Below are positions 10,488 through 20,567 of a stretch of 64,000 nucleotides of DNA, piece after piece; position 1 is the stretch's first letter, and the number at the start of each line of letters is the position of its first letter. The notes beneath the pieces are model-generated. The model was not told where the DNA came from, made no database searches, and saw nothing but the letters and a program-made list of their open reading frames with translations. The translations under genes and the position numbers were made by a program. Source of the DNA: an uncultured Gammaproteobacteria bacterium (GTDB lineage Bacteria; Patescibacteriota; Patescibacteriia; VMEV01; CAYQCH01); NCBI GenBank assembly GCA_964503955.1, contig CAZDCG010000001.1:2962-66961 (forward strand), read 5' to 3'.

Positions 10488-11219
10488 CACATAATCTGCC
10501 CGACGGGCAAGTCAAATGCAGTAACCTCGTCATAAAATAATGCAAGCCCGTCAGGAATTGCTTCCAAACGGGCTCTGTAAAAACACTGTAATGCATTTTA
10601 ATTTGTTACGGCGCCGGGAAAGTACCCTGACACCGGAACACCCACACACCAACCCTGTTGCCAGGTCTTGGCTCGGACCTTTTCGTTTACGGCACGCCAC
10701 GAGGCGAACCGCAGGCTTCCCTCCCCATCGGGGTCCGGAGGGAACATCCGCAGAATATGCGGATGCCGTTAAGGGATTTACGTGATTTGGCGATCACGAC
10801 CCGGGGTTTTTTGCACCCCACCTTACTCCGCCCGTGAACAGACACATTTGGGAGAAGCGGAGTATATGCATTGAGGATTTTCCAGCTCTACCCTGGCTGC
10901 ACAGGATAACGCTGACGGAACGAGCCCGCCTAGCAGCAGACACCAGCCATTGGTGCTTTTGTCGCCCCGGTCGATGACCGAAGCCGCGGGATATAAGGAT
11001 TGTCGGCTTGTTTCATCAGGAACGGCATCCCGATGGCGAGAGATGAGCCATTTTCCCGGACCAAACTCGCGTATCCGGGGTTTTTGGTAAACGGATTGAG
11101 AATGAACCCCTTCGTCCCTGCATGGACTTTGAGGATCGCGGGCTTGCAGCCTACGACAAGTGATGGTGACAAACCCCACAGACTTTGTCAAGCCCCACAG
11201 CTATGCTTCTTCTCTAAAA

Positions 11220-12830
11220 CTACAGCAAATCCTCTTCTCCTTTCGCCACTTCGGGCAGAACACGGCGTTCAAAGAGACGCAAACGGCGAATCAACGTTTT
11301 TTCATACTCCTCGTAGAGCGGTAAATGAGCGTGCTTAAGAAAGCCCAGATACGCAATTGTTCCGGCGAAAACAGGAATTAAAAAGTGAAAGAATACGCCT
11401 CGAACCGTCAGGAGGTTGATAAATGGACCGGTTACGATTTTTGCGGTCTGCAATGTCAAAACCATCGCCGCGGCAGCGAGCAGCAAAGCAAAGATTGTTT
11501 CCTTGACCCAGGAAAGGGCCGGATACTCGTGATAAAGTAAAAAGCCTGCCTGCGCTAAGCTGCCAAGGCTGTACGCCAGCGAAAGCAATTCAACGGAAGC
11601 ACCCGCTTCCCGCGTAAAAAACCAGCCGCAGACGCTTGTAACCAACAACCCTCCCGCGGCCGCATAAAAAGGACGCAGTGTATCTTTTCGCGCGTAAAAA
11701 CTTCTCGTCAGCAATGGCAGCAGCGACTGGGCTAACATGGCTGGTACCAAATAGAGAAGCGCACGCGCCGTTGTAAGTGTCGACTGCCAATCGAATTCGC
11801 CTGCGCCATAGACAAGCCGGACAATTTGCTCGTCAAGCAAAATAAAGAGCACTAATGAAGGAAGGACAAAAAACAGAATCTGCACGAAGGTCTTCCAAAA
11901 ACTGTCGGTGAATCGCGCGACATCTTTTTGCGCGGCTTGTTCGGAAAGGAACGGAAAAACAGAAACGGCAAAAGAAATACCGAACAACCCTACCGGCACA
12001 TGAGCAAGATTATTCGCGAAGTTGAAAATAGACACGCTCCCGCTTGAAAGTTTGGACGCAAAAATCGTCATCACCAGAAGATTCAGCTGGAGGATCATGA
12101 GACTGAGCGCGCGAGGCCCCATCAACCTGATGATTTCCTTAATGCCTGCCGGCTGCCAGAACCGTTTCAATTGCCAGACCCAGCCGATTTTCATGGCAAC
12201 AACAAATTGCCAGATCAAATGCAGCCCAGCGCCCAGGATCACGCCCCATGCGACGCCGTCGATTCCCATATCCCCCGCCAGAAAGAAGATGCTGAAGATG
12301 ATGCCGGCATTGTAGAGAATCGGCGCGATGGAATAAGCCAAAAAGCGTCGATAGCTTTGCAGGACTCCTCCAAAAACAGCGCTTATGCCAAGCAGAATCG
12401 GGCTGAGCAGCATTATGCGGGTCAAATGCGCAGCCGCATTGGCCGTCTGTGCGTCAAATCCCGGCGCAACCAACCCTGCAAGCTGAGGTGAAAACACAAA
12501 AAGCAAAGAACAAAGCAGGATTAATGAGACAGACAGCAATGTGAGGACCGATTGTGCAAGCTGGTAAGCTTTTTCTTTGGAGACCTGCAAATATTCCGTA
12601 AACAATGGAATAAACCCGGCAGACAAAGCACCAAGCACCAGCAAATGAAACATGAAGTCAGGAATGCGGAACGCGGCGTAGTAGGCATCAAGCGACGGAC
12701 CGGCGCCAAAGGTTGTTGCCAGGAGGCGGTCGCGGTACAGCCCAAGCAGACGGCTGAGTAATCCGGCGGCCGCAATCACAAAGGCACCGGAAAGCACGGA
12801 ATTGGACGCGGAAAACACCCGGTTCATCAT
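11220..12830 (-). CDS. murJ: Lipid II flippase MurJ (MviN)
   Basis: 536 aa, ~14 TM helices. N-terminal signature LLSRLLGLYRDRLLATTFGAGPSLDAYYAAFRIP. Confidence 0.92.
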   Translation of the reverse strand: MMNRVFSASNSVLSGAFVIAAAGLLSRLLGLYRDRLLATTFGAGPSLDAYYAAFRIPDFMFHLLVLGALSAGFIPLFTEYLQVSKEKAYQLAQSVLTLLSVSLILLCSLLFVFSPQLAGLVAPGFDAQTANAAAHLTRIMLLSPILLGISAVFGGVLQSYRRFLAYSIAPILYNAGIIFSIFFLAGDMGIDGVAWGVILGAGLHLIWQFVVAMKIGWVWQLKRFWQPAGIKEIIRLMGPRALSLMILQLNLLVMTIFASKLSSGSVSIFNFANNLAHVPVGLFGISFAVSVFPFLSEQAAQKDVARFTDSFWKTFVQILFFVLPSLVLFILLDEQIVRLVYGAGEFDWQSTLTTARALLYLVPAMLAQSLLPLLTRSFYARKDTLRPFYAAAGGLLVTSVCGWFFTREAGASVELLSLAYSLGSLAQAGFLLYHEYPALSWVKETIFALLLAAAAMVLTLQTAKIVTGPFINLLTVRGVFFHFLIPVFAGTIAYLGFLKHAHLPLYEEYEKTLIRRLRLFERRVLPEVAKGEEDLL

Positions 12831-13963
12831 AATGTTTCAAGAAAATGGAGCCGATACACCGCGTCCCCCTTATCATCGGAAACAAGCACGGTTCCGTCAG
12901 AAAGGGTCAGAATGCCTGCGGGGCGGCCAATAGACGATCCATCTTGCCGCAAAAATCCTGAAAGAATGGTTTCTCGTTCCTGATACCCTGATGTTTCCGT
13001 TAAGCGGATGACTTCATACCCGACCGGCTCGCTGCGGTTCCATGAGCCATGGAGCGCGACAATGATGTCTCCATTGAGAAAATCAATACCAAGAGGCGCT
13101 TCATGCGCGGTAAAATCGTAATGCGAACCAAAAGAAGATGCGCATTTTTCAGACTGATTGAATTCCGGGTCAACCACGTTCTTTCCATAGCAGTATGGGA
13201 ATCCATAGTTGCCGCCGGCGATAATCTTATTCAGCTCGTCGGGTGGAAGATCATCGCCAAGCCAGTCGCGCCCCATTTCTGTCGCATAGAGCTCCCCGGT
13301 TTCAGGATGCCAGGCAAAAAAGACCGCATTGCGCAAACCAACGGCATAATCTTCAAGCGCCTGCGTTTGCAGATCATAACGAAGGATTTTATCACGGCGC
13401 CAATCTTCTTCAAGGCAGATATTGCAGCTGCTGCCGATGGAAATATACAAACCGTCATCCGGCCCGAACCCAATGGTTCTTGTCCAATGGCGTCCGCCTG
13501 AAGGCAGCGAAAGCAGAACCTGAGGATCAGCCGCGGTTACACCGTCATACGCATAACGAAGCACCTGCGCAGTCTCAGCGACATAGAGAAAACCATCCCG
13601 CAATGCGAGTCCATGCGGCTGCAAAAGCCCTTCAATCAAGGTAACCCGCTCGCCTGCTTTTGAAATGGAACTGACTCTTCCAATTGACGGTTCGCTAACC
13701 AGCACATTTCCCGTTTGATCTTCAATCATCACGCGCGGATTCTTCACATCATTGTTAAACAAAGAAATCTCCACGTTTTCCGCGGTGGTAAACGGACTAT
13801 TCTTCAGCGGAACAAATGCCGCCCAATCAGACGATACGCGTTCAGAGGGAAACCAGGCAGGACGAATGCCGATAAAATACGGCCGCAAAAGCAGGACAAA
13901 ACTCCCAATAAGCAGAGCAACGGCAAGAAGGGTCATCAACAAAATTGTTCTTTTCATGTTCAT
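12827..13963 (-). CDS. Secreted PQQ-dependent sugar (glucose/sorbosone) dehydrogenase-like beta-propeller protein
   Basis: Signal/TM at the N-terminus. Motifs HGLALRDGFLYVAE, GGRHWTRTIGFGPDGLYIS, NYGFPYCYG resemble the soluble quinoprotein GSDH family. Confidence 0.65.
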   Translation of the reverse strand: MNMKRTILLMTLLAVALLIGSFVLLLRPYFIGIRPAWFPSERVSSDWAAFVPLKNSPFTTAENVEISLFNNDVKNPRVMIEDQTGNVLVSEPSIGRVSSISKAGERVTLIEGLLQPHGLALRDGFLYVAETAQVLRYAYDGVTAADPQVLLSLPSGGRHWTRTIGFGPDDGLYISIGSSCNICLEEDWRRDKILRYDLQTQALEDYAVGLRNAVFFAWHPETGELYATEMGRDWLGDDLPPDELNKIIAGGNYGFPYCYGKNVVDPEFNQSEKCASSFGSHYDFTAHEAPLGIDFLNGDIIVALHGSWNRSEPVGYEVIRLTETSGYQERETILSGFLRQDGSSIGRPAGILTLSDGTVLVSDDKGDAVYRLHFLETL

Positions 13964-13966
13964 ACC

Positions 13967-15487
13967 CTAGAACAAAGAAAAATCAGAGAAAAGCTCAACC
14001 GGGGCATAATCATCCGTAAAAACAGATCGTCCGTCAATGTAGCTCATGCGCGCAGCGGAAAGATTCACGGACGGGATCCCCGCCTCCTTAACCAATGCAT
14101 CAAGATGCGTAAGATCAATCGGCTCACGGGACGCGAGAATGATTGCATTTGAAGACGTGTTTCCTGTTATTTGATAGACATATTCATATACTGACGCAAC
14201 CGTATTCGCAATGGTTTTTGAAAGCGGCGTTTCCCCTCCCAAGGCAACGTTTAAAACGAGAATCCCCTCAGAAGTGAGCCGCTCGCCAGCCAACTGGAAA
14301 AATTCCACGGTCGCCAGATGAAATGGGATCTGATACTCGTTCACATAGGCATCGACAAAAATCACATCATAGGTTTTTCCCGTTGCCGCCAGAAACCCTC
14401 TTCCATCTTTCACAATTGCATTCATGCCGTATAAATCCGCGTCCAGATATTCCCTGACCACGTCAAAAACAGCTCCATCAATGTCAACGGCATCAACGGA
14501 GGCAAGCGATGCCCCGGCCCTTGTCGCCTGCCAAATACGGGGAACCGCGCCCCCGGCTACGCCGATAACGGCGGCATGCTTTTCCGTTTCATTACGTAAA
14601 AGCGGAATAAGAGCCAGCCAATCCCAATAGCTGCCCGTCCAATGCGTCTCCTTTGGATGAACGGATTGAATTCCAAACCCCGCATTATAAACCAGCTCGT
14701 ATCGATCCCCTCTGTCAAAAAGGCGGATATGCTGATACGGGGTTTCTTGCGCGTACACAACCCCGCTTGTCTCAAGCGGATTAGGCCGGGTCAAACATCC
14801 AATCACGGCCAGCAGTATCGCGGCCAAAAGCGCCGCATATCGGAATTTCGAGGCATAGCATGCCGCAAGCAGCATGAGCAGGCATGCGACCAGGACGAAA
14901 GAATTATGCGTGCCCAAAAGAGAAAATAACACCACAGGCGTGAGAATTGCTCCCGCGATACTGCCAAGCGTGGAAATAGCAAAGACATTGCCCGATATTC
15001 CGCCGGGATGCGGATGATCGCGCCCTAGCATTTCAATAATCAGCGGGCTGATGGTGCCGAAAAAAATACCTGAAGGCATGAGCGAAATCAAAGACCCCAC
15101 CAGCGCAAAGAAAAAGACCCCCAACGAAAATGATTCTCCTGTGACCAAAGAAGGCACGACATCTCCAAATGTATAGACAAGGTACGGAGTGGCAAATGTC
15201 AGCACGGAAGCGGCGGCAAAACACTTGGCGATCAGTGGCGTGAGCGCTTCGCGAACAGCAAGCTTTGACCCTAGAAAATAGCCGAATGCAAGCGCGCCAA
15301 GCACCACGCTGATCGCGCTCGTCCAAATGAATAAAGCCGTTCCAAAATAGGGCGCAAGCAGCCTTGCTCCCGCAATTTCAACAATCAGTACGCAGGCGCC
15401 GTTTAGTAAAACAGCCAGATAGGCGAATTGGCGGCTTGTTTTTAACGGAAGCCAGCCTTGTTTCTGAACCGTTGCATTGACGTTCAT
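13967..15487 (-). CDS. Spermidine-synthase-like aminopropyltransferase fused to an N-terminal multi-pass membrane domain
   Basis: ~7 TM helices, then a Rossmann-like region (AAVIGVAGGAVPRIW, DVIFVDAY). The start is set at MNVNATVQ (15487). The 90-aa Arg-rich extension in the ORF track up to 15754 looks non-coding. Confidence 0.6.
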   Translation of the reverse strand: MNVNATVQKQGWLPLKTSRQFAYLAVLLNGACVLIVEIAGARLLAPYFGTALFIWTSAISVVLGALAFGYFLGSKLAVREALTPLIAKCFAAASVLTFATPYLVYTFGDVVPSLVTGESFSLGVFFFALVGSLISLMPSGIFFGTISPLIIEMLGRDHPHPGGISGNVFAISTLGSIAGAILTPVVLFSLLGTHNSFVLVACLLMLLAACYASKFRYAALLAAILLAVIGCLTRPNPLETSGVVYAQETPYQHIRLFDRGDRYELVYNAGFGIQSVHPKETHWTGSYWDWLALIPLLRNETEKHAAVIGVAGGAVPRIWQATRAGASLASVDAVDIDGAVFDVVREYLDADLYGMNAIVKDGRGFLAATGKTYDVIFVDAYVNEYQIPFHLATVEFFQLAGERLTSEGILVLNVALGGETPLSKTIANTVASVYEYVYQITGNTSSNAIILASREPIDLTHLDALVKEAGIPSVNLSAARMSYIDGRSVFTDDYAPVELFSDFSLF

Positions 15488-15754
15488 AATGCGCAAAGTA
15501 TACCATGAAATCAGTTCACCCTGGCTGAAAGGATGAAAATTGAAACGCAAAGCCATGTTGTGCCTGATACGCGCCGAGAGCAACCGCCTGATCGCCAAGA
15601 CACTGGCACTGCGCTTCCTGCCGCTTCCGGCGGCAAGACGCAAGGCGCTATCCCGTCTTCGCTCGCGCCGCCGCATCCGCAAGCCTCGCCAGTACTGAAC
15701 AGAACTCGCACAAGGAGGGCCCACGGGCGCCACTGCAATAGGTGGCGCCTTCAT

Positions 15755-16705
15755 TTATAGAATGATGGTTTTTGCAAGATACACGCCATCGCCGCCCGGC
15801 CGGGGACTAGCTGTAGGCATAATAAGGACATAGTCGTCATCCGCGACATGCGCTTGCCCGTTCTCCGTGGCAATCACCGTGCCTTTTTCCACTGACTGAA
15901 ACCCGCTCCAGGCATGCACCCATTTGAAATCCGGGAATTTCGGAAGCAAATTACGTTTGACAATATATTTCGTTACCTTGAAATACTCCGGAGCTTCGAT
16001 ATCCATGACATGCACGGCACCTGTTGCCTGCAGGAATCGCAAGGCGGTTTTTCTTGCGCAATATTTGCTTGCCGACTGAAAATGCGACCCGCATTCAACA
16101 GCAATGGCAACCGTTTCAGGACCTCTTTTCCCGTACCGCTTCGCATAGTCAAGCAATGGTTTTCCGGGGATTTTATCGAAAATGTCAAGAATATGACGGT
16201 AGAAATAGAGCTGATCGGCGATCCGCTGATCCTCCTGTCCTGTTCCAGCAATCAGCATGGGGTCTGATGGCCGGCTGGTTGAGTGCAAATCAAGCACATA
16301 GTCGCACTCAGGGATGATGGTTGATATTTCTTTGGCGCGCTGCATCTCATACATTCCAGAGAGCGATTCATCCGCAAAAGATGCGTCGTCGTAAATACGG
16401 TTGAGATTCACGTCAAGATAACGGAATTCATTGTCGGCAAGCATGCGTTTTTCTGATTCAAGCCGATACTGCTTATAAGCTTCCAGGTTATGGACGACAA
16501 GAAAAATCCTGCCATTGATTTCCCGGCGGTCCAGCTCTATTTCTTCCAGCAAATACGCTAATGCGTCAAAACCCGAGATTTCATTGCCATGCGTAACGGC
16601 AAAAATCGCGACTGCGGGACCCGGATTTCCCTGGTCGAGTAACGTTACCCCCTTTATTCCTTTGTATTCTGCTTCTAAAAGGCGCAGTTCCGTTGGTGTA
16701 TACAT
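15755..16705 (-). CDS. Succinylglutamate desuccinylase/aspartoacylase (AstE/AspA) family zinc deacylase
   Basis: IFAVTHGNEISG and DLHSTS motifs. Confidence 0.7.
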   Translation of the reverse strand: MYTPTELRLLEAEYKGIKGVTLLDQGNPGPAVAIFAVTHGNEISGFDALAYLLEEIELDRREINGRIFLVVHNLEAYKQYRLESEKRMLADNEFRYLDVNLNRIYDDASFADESLSGMYEMQRAKEISTIIPECDYVLDLHSTSRPSDPMLIAGTGQEDQRIADQLYFYRHILDIFDKIPGKPLLDYAKRYGKRGPETVAIAVECGSHFQSASKYCARKTALRFLQATGAVHVMDIEAPEYFKVTKYIVKRNLLPKFPDFKWVHAWSGFQSVEKGTVIATENGQAHVADDDYVLIMPTASPRPGGDGVYLAKTIIL

Positions 16706-16840
16706 ATCTGTCGAGACGAGAACAACAGATAGATATGTGGAAACGATCAGCCAAATTCTTTCTTATACTGCGCTTGAATGCATGAAACAGTCAAGTGCCT
16801 GCGGGAGGGGGCTTCGTTGCCAAAGCCCCCTCCCCGGTTC

Positions 16841-18103
16841 TCAGTTCATCACCGGCACCGCCTGAATTTCAGACGGCTGCGGCTTGATCACCAGCGGCGG
16901 CTCTCCTTCGCAGTCGAGGAATTGCCAGGCCTCCCGCATGAGCTCCTGCCAGTCAGCCAGCGTGGGAGCGATCACTCCCACATGGCACTGGTCCGGCAGG
17001 ATGGTGGTCACCGCGGGCACAAGACCCAGCGGCTTGCGGCCATCGTACATGAGACTGCCCAGCTGATCCTGCAGGGACCGGAAATCGTTGATCCCAGGCC
17101 GCCGCGGCTTGAAGATGGACAAGCTCGTCACGCACTCGCCGTGACGCGCGCGCATCTGCATGCGAAGATCATTGGCATAGGAGCCATTGGTCTTGCGCAG
17201 GTTCGCTTCGGTAATGGTGCAGCTTCCATCGGCGAATGCCAGCAAATCCACGGAAACGCATCCCCGGACCCCGTATTCGCGGAGTTCCTCAAGGAAGGGA
17301 ACCGCCTGGAGCTTGGCTGTTTGAGCCATGCGCGCCCCAAGGTGCCACCGGTCAAGACTGCCGTCCAGCAGCAGATTGCCGGCGGAATGGATCTGCTCCC
17401 CGCTCTTGCGGTACATCAGCTGGTCAGTCACTCCGCGTACGATGACTTCCCTGTCGTTGAGGCAGGCGAGCACGCTGATCGGGGTATGCTTCTTGCAGTA
17501 GGGTTCCACCAGCAGCACGGGAGATTTGAAGCGCTCAAGCGTCTTCAGTACCTCCGCCACGCTCAGATCGGGAAAGACCGCCTGCCCGTCGCCGGTGGCT
17601 TCGCCGTCGACACGGATCAGCACCCGGGACTGTCCCGAAACCTCCTGCATGAGCACGATCGCCTTGGTCAGCTCCCGCTCGCGCTTGGAACATTCGGTGA
17701 AGGGCAGGAACAAATGCGAGAGACCCGCCTCCCTCATAAGGCGGCGCTGCACGAGCTTGCTGCCATAATGCGAACGCTGCGGATCGTTGTCCTGGGTGTA
17801 AAGAGCCCAAAACTGCTCAGGCGAAATGCCCATGCGAGCCGCCATCGCCAGCCCGAGCTTCTCCTCGTTGCTGCCCTGGCGCGTCTCAAAGAATGTCAGC
17901 CTCGTCTTGCCCGAGAGCAGCTCGGCAACGAGCTCGTCGATGAGATCACTCCTCAAGAGCAGCGCCTCGACAGGATGATCGCCGTCAAGCACGACCACCT
18001 CCGATGCCCCCAGCTGCATGTCTCGCAGCCAGGCCAGGTGGTCAGGCGTGCTGACCTCTCCCGTTGAAGTGATAAGCCGTCCTTCCGTCAGCACCGAGCG
18101 CAT
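16841..18103 (-). CDS. ATP-grasp fold ligase (putative carboxylate-amine ligase), within a high-GC island
   Basis: ATP-grasp Mg/ATP signature VSVDLLAFADGSCTITEANLRKTNGS (D..E.N). The start is placed at MRSVLTEG (18103), after the typA terminator. The opposite-strand 429-aa ORF is an antisense artefact of the ~62% GC composition. Confidence 0.5.
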   Translation of the reverse strand: MRSVLTEGRLITSTGEVSTPDHLAWLRDMQLGASEVVVLDGDHPVEALLLRSDLIDELVAELLSGKTRLTFFETRQGSNEEKLGLAMAARMGISPEQFWALYTQDNDPQRSHYGSKLVQRRLMREAGLSHLFLPFTECSKRERELTKAIVLMQEVSGQSRVLIRVDGEATGDGQAVFPDLSVAEVLKTLERFKSPVLLVEPYCKKHTPISVLACLNDREVIVRGVTDQLMYRKSGEQIHSAGNLLLDGSLDRWHLGARMAQTAKLQAVPFLEELREYGVRGCVSVDLLAFADGSCTITEANLRKTNGSYANDLRMQMRARHGECVTSLSIFKPRRPGINDFRSLQDQLGSLMYDGRKPLGLVPAVTTILPDQCHVGVIAPTLADWQELMREAWQFLDCEGEPPLVIKPQPSEIQAVPVMN

Positions 18104-18239
18104 GCTCAGGCCTCTCACCTTGGTCGTGACCAGATGGAGCCAGAGCAGCACTTCGGCAATGGATACCGTTTGTTCCGAATGCACGTGTCCCCCTCGATAG
18201 TGGATGGAATTTTCTTGCCTGAATCGTGCCGGTAAGCAT

Positions 18240-18281
18240 TTGCTTGCCGGCAAGAAAAAAGCCCGCTTCCAGAGCGGGCTT
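18240..18281 (-). terminator. Intrinsic terminator(s) downstream of typA (palindrome CTTGCCGGCAAG, then GCCCGC-TTCCAGA-GCGGGC + U-run on minus strand)
   Basis: Stem-loop followed by a T6 run when read on the minus strand. Confidence 0.5.
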
Positions 18282-18561
18282 AGAGCGAGAAGAAAATACA
18301 ATCACGCGCTAAGCCCGTCCCGAAAGAGGAACACAATAAACGCAATAATCCCCGCAACAGCGATGTTGAACAAGAGTGGCAACGGCATTGTCGGGTTTGC
18401 GACCTTCATATGGCAGCAGAATACCCAAAGGAACAGCTCCTGTCAAAGTGGATAAACACCGTTAAACATTTCCAGATGAGCGCCAAATGCGCCAAACGTT
18501 GCCAAACCACTCTGACGAAGTTTGGTAATATCTGGAAATGTTTGGAAACCTCTGGCAGCGT

Positions 18562-20319
18562 TTACCGCTTCAGCTCCTTCTTTCGAAGACGTACCGATTC
18601 AGGCGTAATCTCAAGAAGTTCATCCTCAGACATGATTTCAAGCCCGGTTTCAATGGTCAGCGGAGTGGGAGGAGTCAGCTTGAGCGCATCATCAGAGCCT
18701 GAAGCGCGCATATTGGTCAGCTGCTTTCCTTTGGTTGGATTAACGAACATATCTTCGCCTTTGCTGACATCGCCGATCACCATGCCTTCATACACATCCA
18801 CATTCGGACCAATATAGAGGGTTCCCCGATCCTGCAGATTATCCAACGCGTATCCAAGCGCTTTGCCGGAAAGCATGGATATCATAGAGCCGACATCGCG
18901 GCGTTCAATCTCTCCGACATGCGGACGGAAATCAATCACGCGCGAAGCCATAATACCTTCGCCGCGGGTATCGATAATGAATTCATGGCGCAAACCAAGC
19001 AGCCCTCGCGTTGGAATTTCAAAGACAAGGCGAGTCGTTCCATGCGCTGATTTCATTTGCGTCATGATGCCTTTGCGCTTGCCGATTTTTTCAATGACTT
19101 TCCCTGTCATTTCTTCGGGCACGTCTATAGTGAGCTCTTCAAACGGCTCTAGGGTCTGCCCGTTTTCTTCTTTGAGAATAACGTGCGGCTGGGACACCTG
19201 CACCTCATACCCTTCCCGGCGCATATTCTCAAGCAAAATCGCAATATGCATTTCCCCTCGTCCGTAAACGGTATAACTGTCTTTCTGGCTGAAGTCGATC
19301 TTCAGTCCGACATTGATTTCAAGCTCTTTTTCAAGGCGCTCTTTGAGCTGGGAATTGGTCACATACTTTCCTTCGCGCCCGGCAAATGGCGAGCTGTTTA
19401 CCATGAATCCAAGCGAGATTGTCGGAGGATCAATCTTAATATGCGGCAAAAGCTCCGCGTCTTCGACATCAGAAACGGTATCGCCGATGAAAATGTCCGG
19501 CAAACCGGCAATCATGACAATGTCGCCGGCATGCGCTTCTTTCACTTCTTCTTTGGCGAATCCATGGAAGGTAAAGATTTTGACGATATTGCCTTTGAAC
19601 TGGGTTCCGTCAACGCGCTTAACGAATACCTGCTGCTTTTCCTTCACTGTTCCTTCATATACGCGCGCCACAGCCATGCGCCCAAGGTAATTGTCGTAGG
19701 CCAGATTGAATGGCTGCATGCGCAAAGGCTTGTCCGTTTCAGAGGGTGCCGGCGCGACTGTTTCAAGAATCGCGTCAAGCAGCGGGTTCATATTATCCGA
19801 TTGCCCATCGAGCGAACGTTTGGCAATACCTTCCTTGCCGATCGCGTAAACGGTTGTAAAATCAAGCTGTTCATCATTGGCGCCAAGATCAATAAAGACT
19901 TCGAGGATCTCATTGATCACTTCCTCCGGCCGTGCAGCGGGTTTATCGATTTTATTGATCACCACAAGCGGCTTCAACCCTAACTCAAGAGACTTTTTCA
20001 AAACGAATTTTGTCTGCGGCATGGGCCCTTCCTGCGCGTCTACCACCAGCACAACCGAATCGATCGATCGCAGAACACGCTCAACCTCTGACCCGAAATC
20101 CGCGTGCCCCGGCGTATCCACGATGTTGATCTTGGTATCCTTATAAAAGAGAGACGCATTTTTCGCGTAAATCGTAATCCCACGTTCCCGCTCAAGCGCG
20201 TTTGAATCCATCGACTGGTTTTCTTCTTTGATCATGCCAGTCTGGCGCAGCAAAGCATCGGTAATGGTTGTCTTACCGTGGTCCACGTGCGCAATGATGG
20301 CGATATTACGGATTTCCAT
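18562..20319 (-). CDS. typA: Translational GTPase TypA/BipA
   Basis: 585 aa. G1 AHVDHGKTT, DTPGH, NKID. EF-G-like domains with the BipA C-terminus. Confidence 0.95.
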   Translation of the reverse strand: MEIRNIAIIAHVDHGKTTITDALLRQTGMIKEENQSMDSNALERERGITIYAKNASLFYKDTKINIVDTPGHADFGSEVERVLRSIDSVVLVVDAQEGPMPQTKFVLKKSLELGLKPLVVINKIDKPAARPEEVINEILEVFIDLGANDEQLDFTTVYAIGKEGIAKRSLDGQSDNMNPLLDAILETVAPAPSETDKPLRMQPFNLAYDNYLGRMAVARVYEGTVKEKQQVFVKRVDGTQFKGNIVKIFTFHGFAKEEVKEAHAGDIVMIAGLPDIFIGDTVSDVEDAELLPHIKIDPPTISLGFMVNSSPFAGREGKYVTNSQLKERLEKELEINVGLKIDFSQKDSYTVYGRGEMHIAILLENMRREGYEVQVSQPHVILKEENGQTLEPFEELTIDVPEEMTGKVIEKIGKRKGIMTQMKSAHGTTRLVFEIPTRGLLGLRHEFIIDTRGEGIMASRVIDFRPHVGEIERRDVGSMISMLSGKALGYALDNLQDRGTLYIGPNVDVYEGMVIGDVSKGEDMFVNPTKGKQLTNMRASGSDDALKLTPPTPLTIETGLEIMSEDELLEITPESVRLRKKELKR

Positions 20320-20463
20320 AGAGTGGTTGCGGGTGGCAAGTTATGAGTTACAAGAATTGAGATGCGAGACGTAAAAGAAAAAGACATGTCGTCTCTGCGA
20401 CATGCATGGAGCGAGTATGGCAGAAAATCCAGATTTTGTCGAGGATAGCACGATCCCGTAAAG

Positions 20464-20489
20464 CAAAAACCGTCCTTCTTGGACGGTTT
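20464..20489. terminator. Bidirectional terminator hairpin 3' of tRNA-Gln (AAAAA-CCGTCC-ttctt-GGACGG-TTTT)
   Basis: Perfect 6-bp GC-rich stem with flanking A/T runs, immediately downstream of the tRNA on the minus strand. Confidence 0.5.
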
Positions 20490-20493
20490 TCAC

Positions 20494-20567
20494 ATGGTTC
20501 CCGGGCAGGGACTCGAACCCCGATACCCAGGACCAAAACCTGGTGTCCTACCATTAGACGACCCGGG
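20494..20567 (-). tRNA. tRNA-Gln (anticodon UUG), CCA encoded
   Basis: Hand-folded cloverleaf: acceptor TCCCGGG/CCCGGGA (U1:A72 as in bacterial tRNA-Gln). D-arm GTCT/GGAC. Anticodon stem CCAGG/CCTGG with loop TTTTGGT. T-arm CGGGG-TTCGAGT-CCCTG. Discriminator A plus CCA. Confidence 0.85.

Noticed and set aside
10279-11338. Six overlapping ORFs of 80-123 aa on both strands
   Set aside because: They are mutually overlapping with biased composition (Arg/Pro/Cys/Gly) and sit in a GC-rich hairpin-dense region containing a REP copy. I treat them as non-coding; see the findings entry for 10385-11219.
15488-15754. N-terminal 90-codon extension of the spermidine-synthase-like ORF and overlapping ORF 15533..15760
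   Set aside because: The extension is Arg/Ala-rich low complexity with no TM continuity. A Met followed by a proper first TM helix occurs at 15487.
16778-18067. 429-aa plus-strand ORF
   Set aside because: It is antisense to the ATP-grasp gene inside a 62% GC island. Its Arg/His/Leu/Pro/Gln-rich composition is typical of antisense frames, and the minus-strand frame carries the recognisable ATP-grasp motif.
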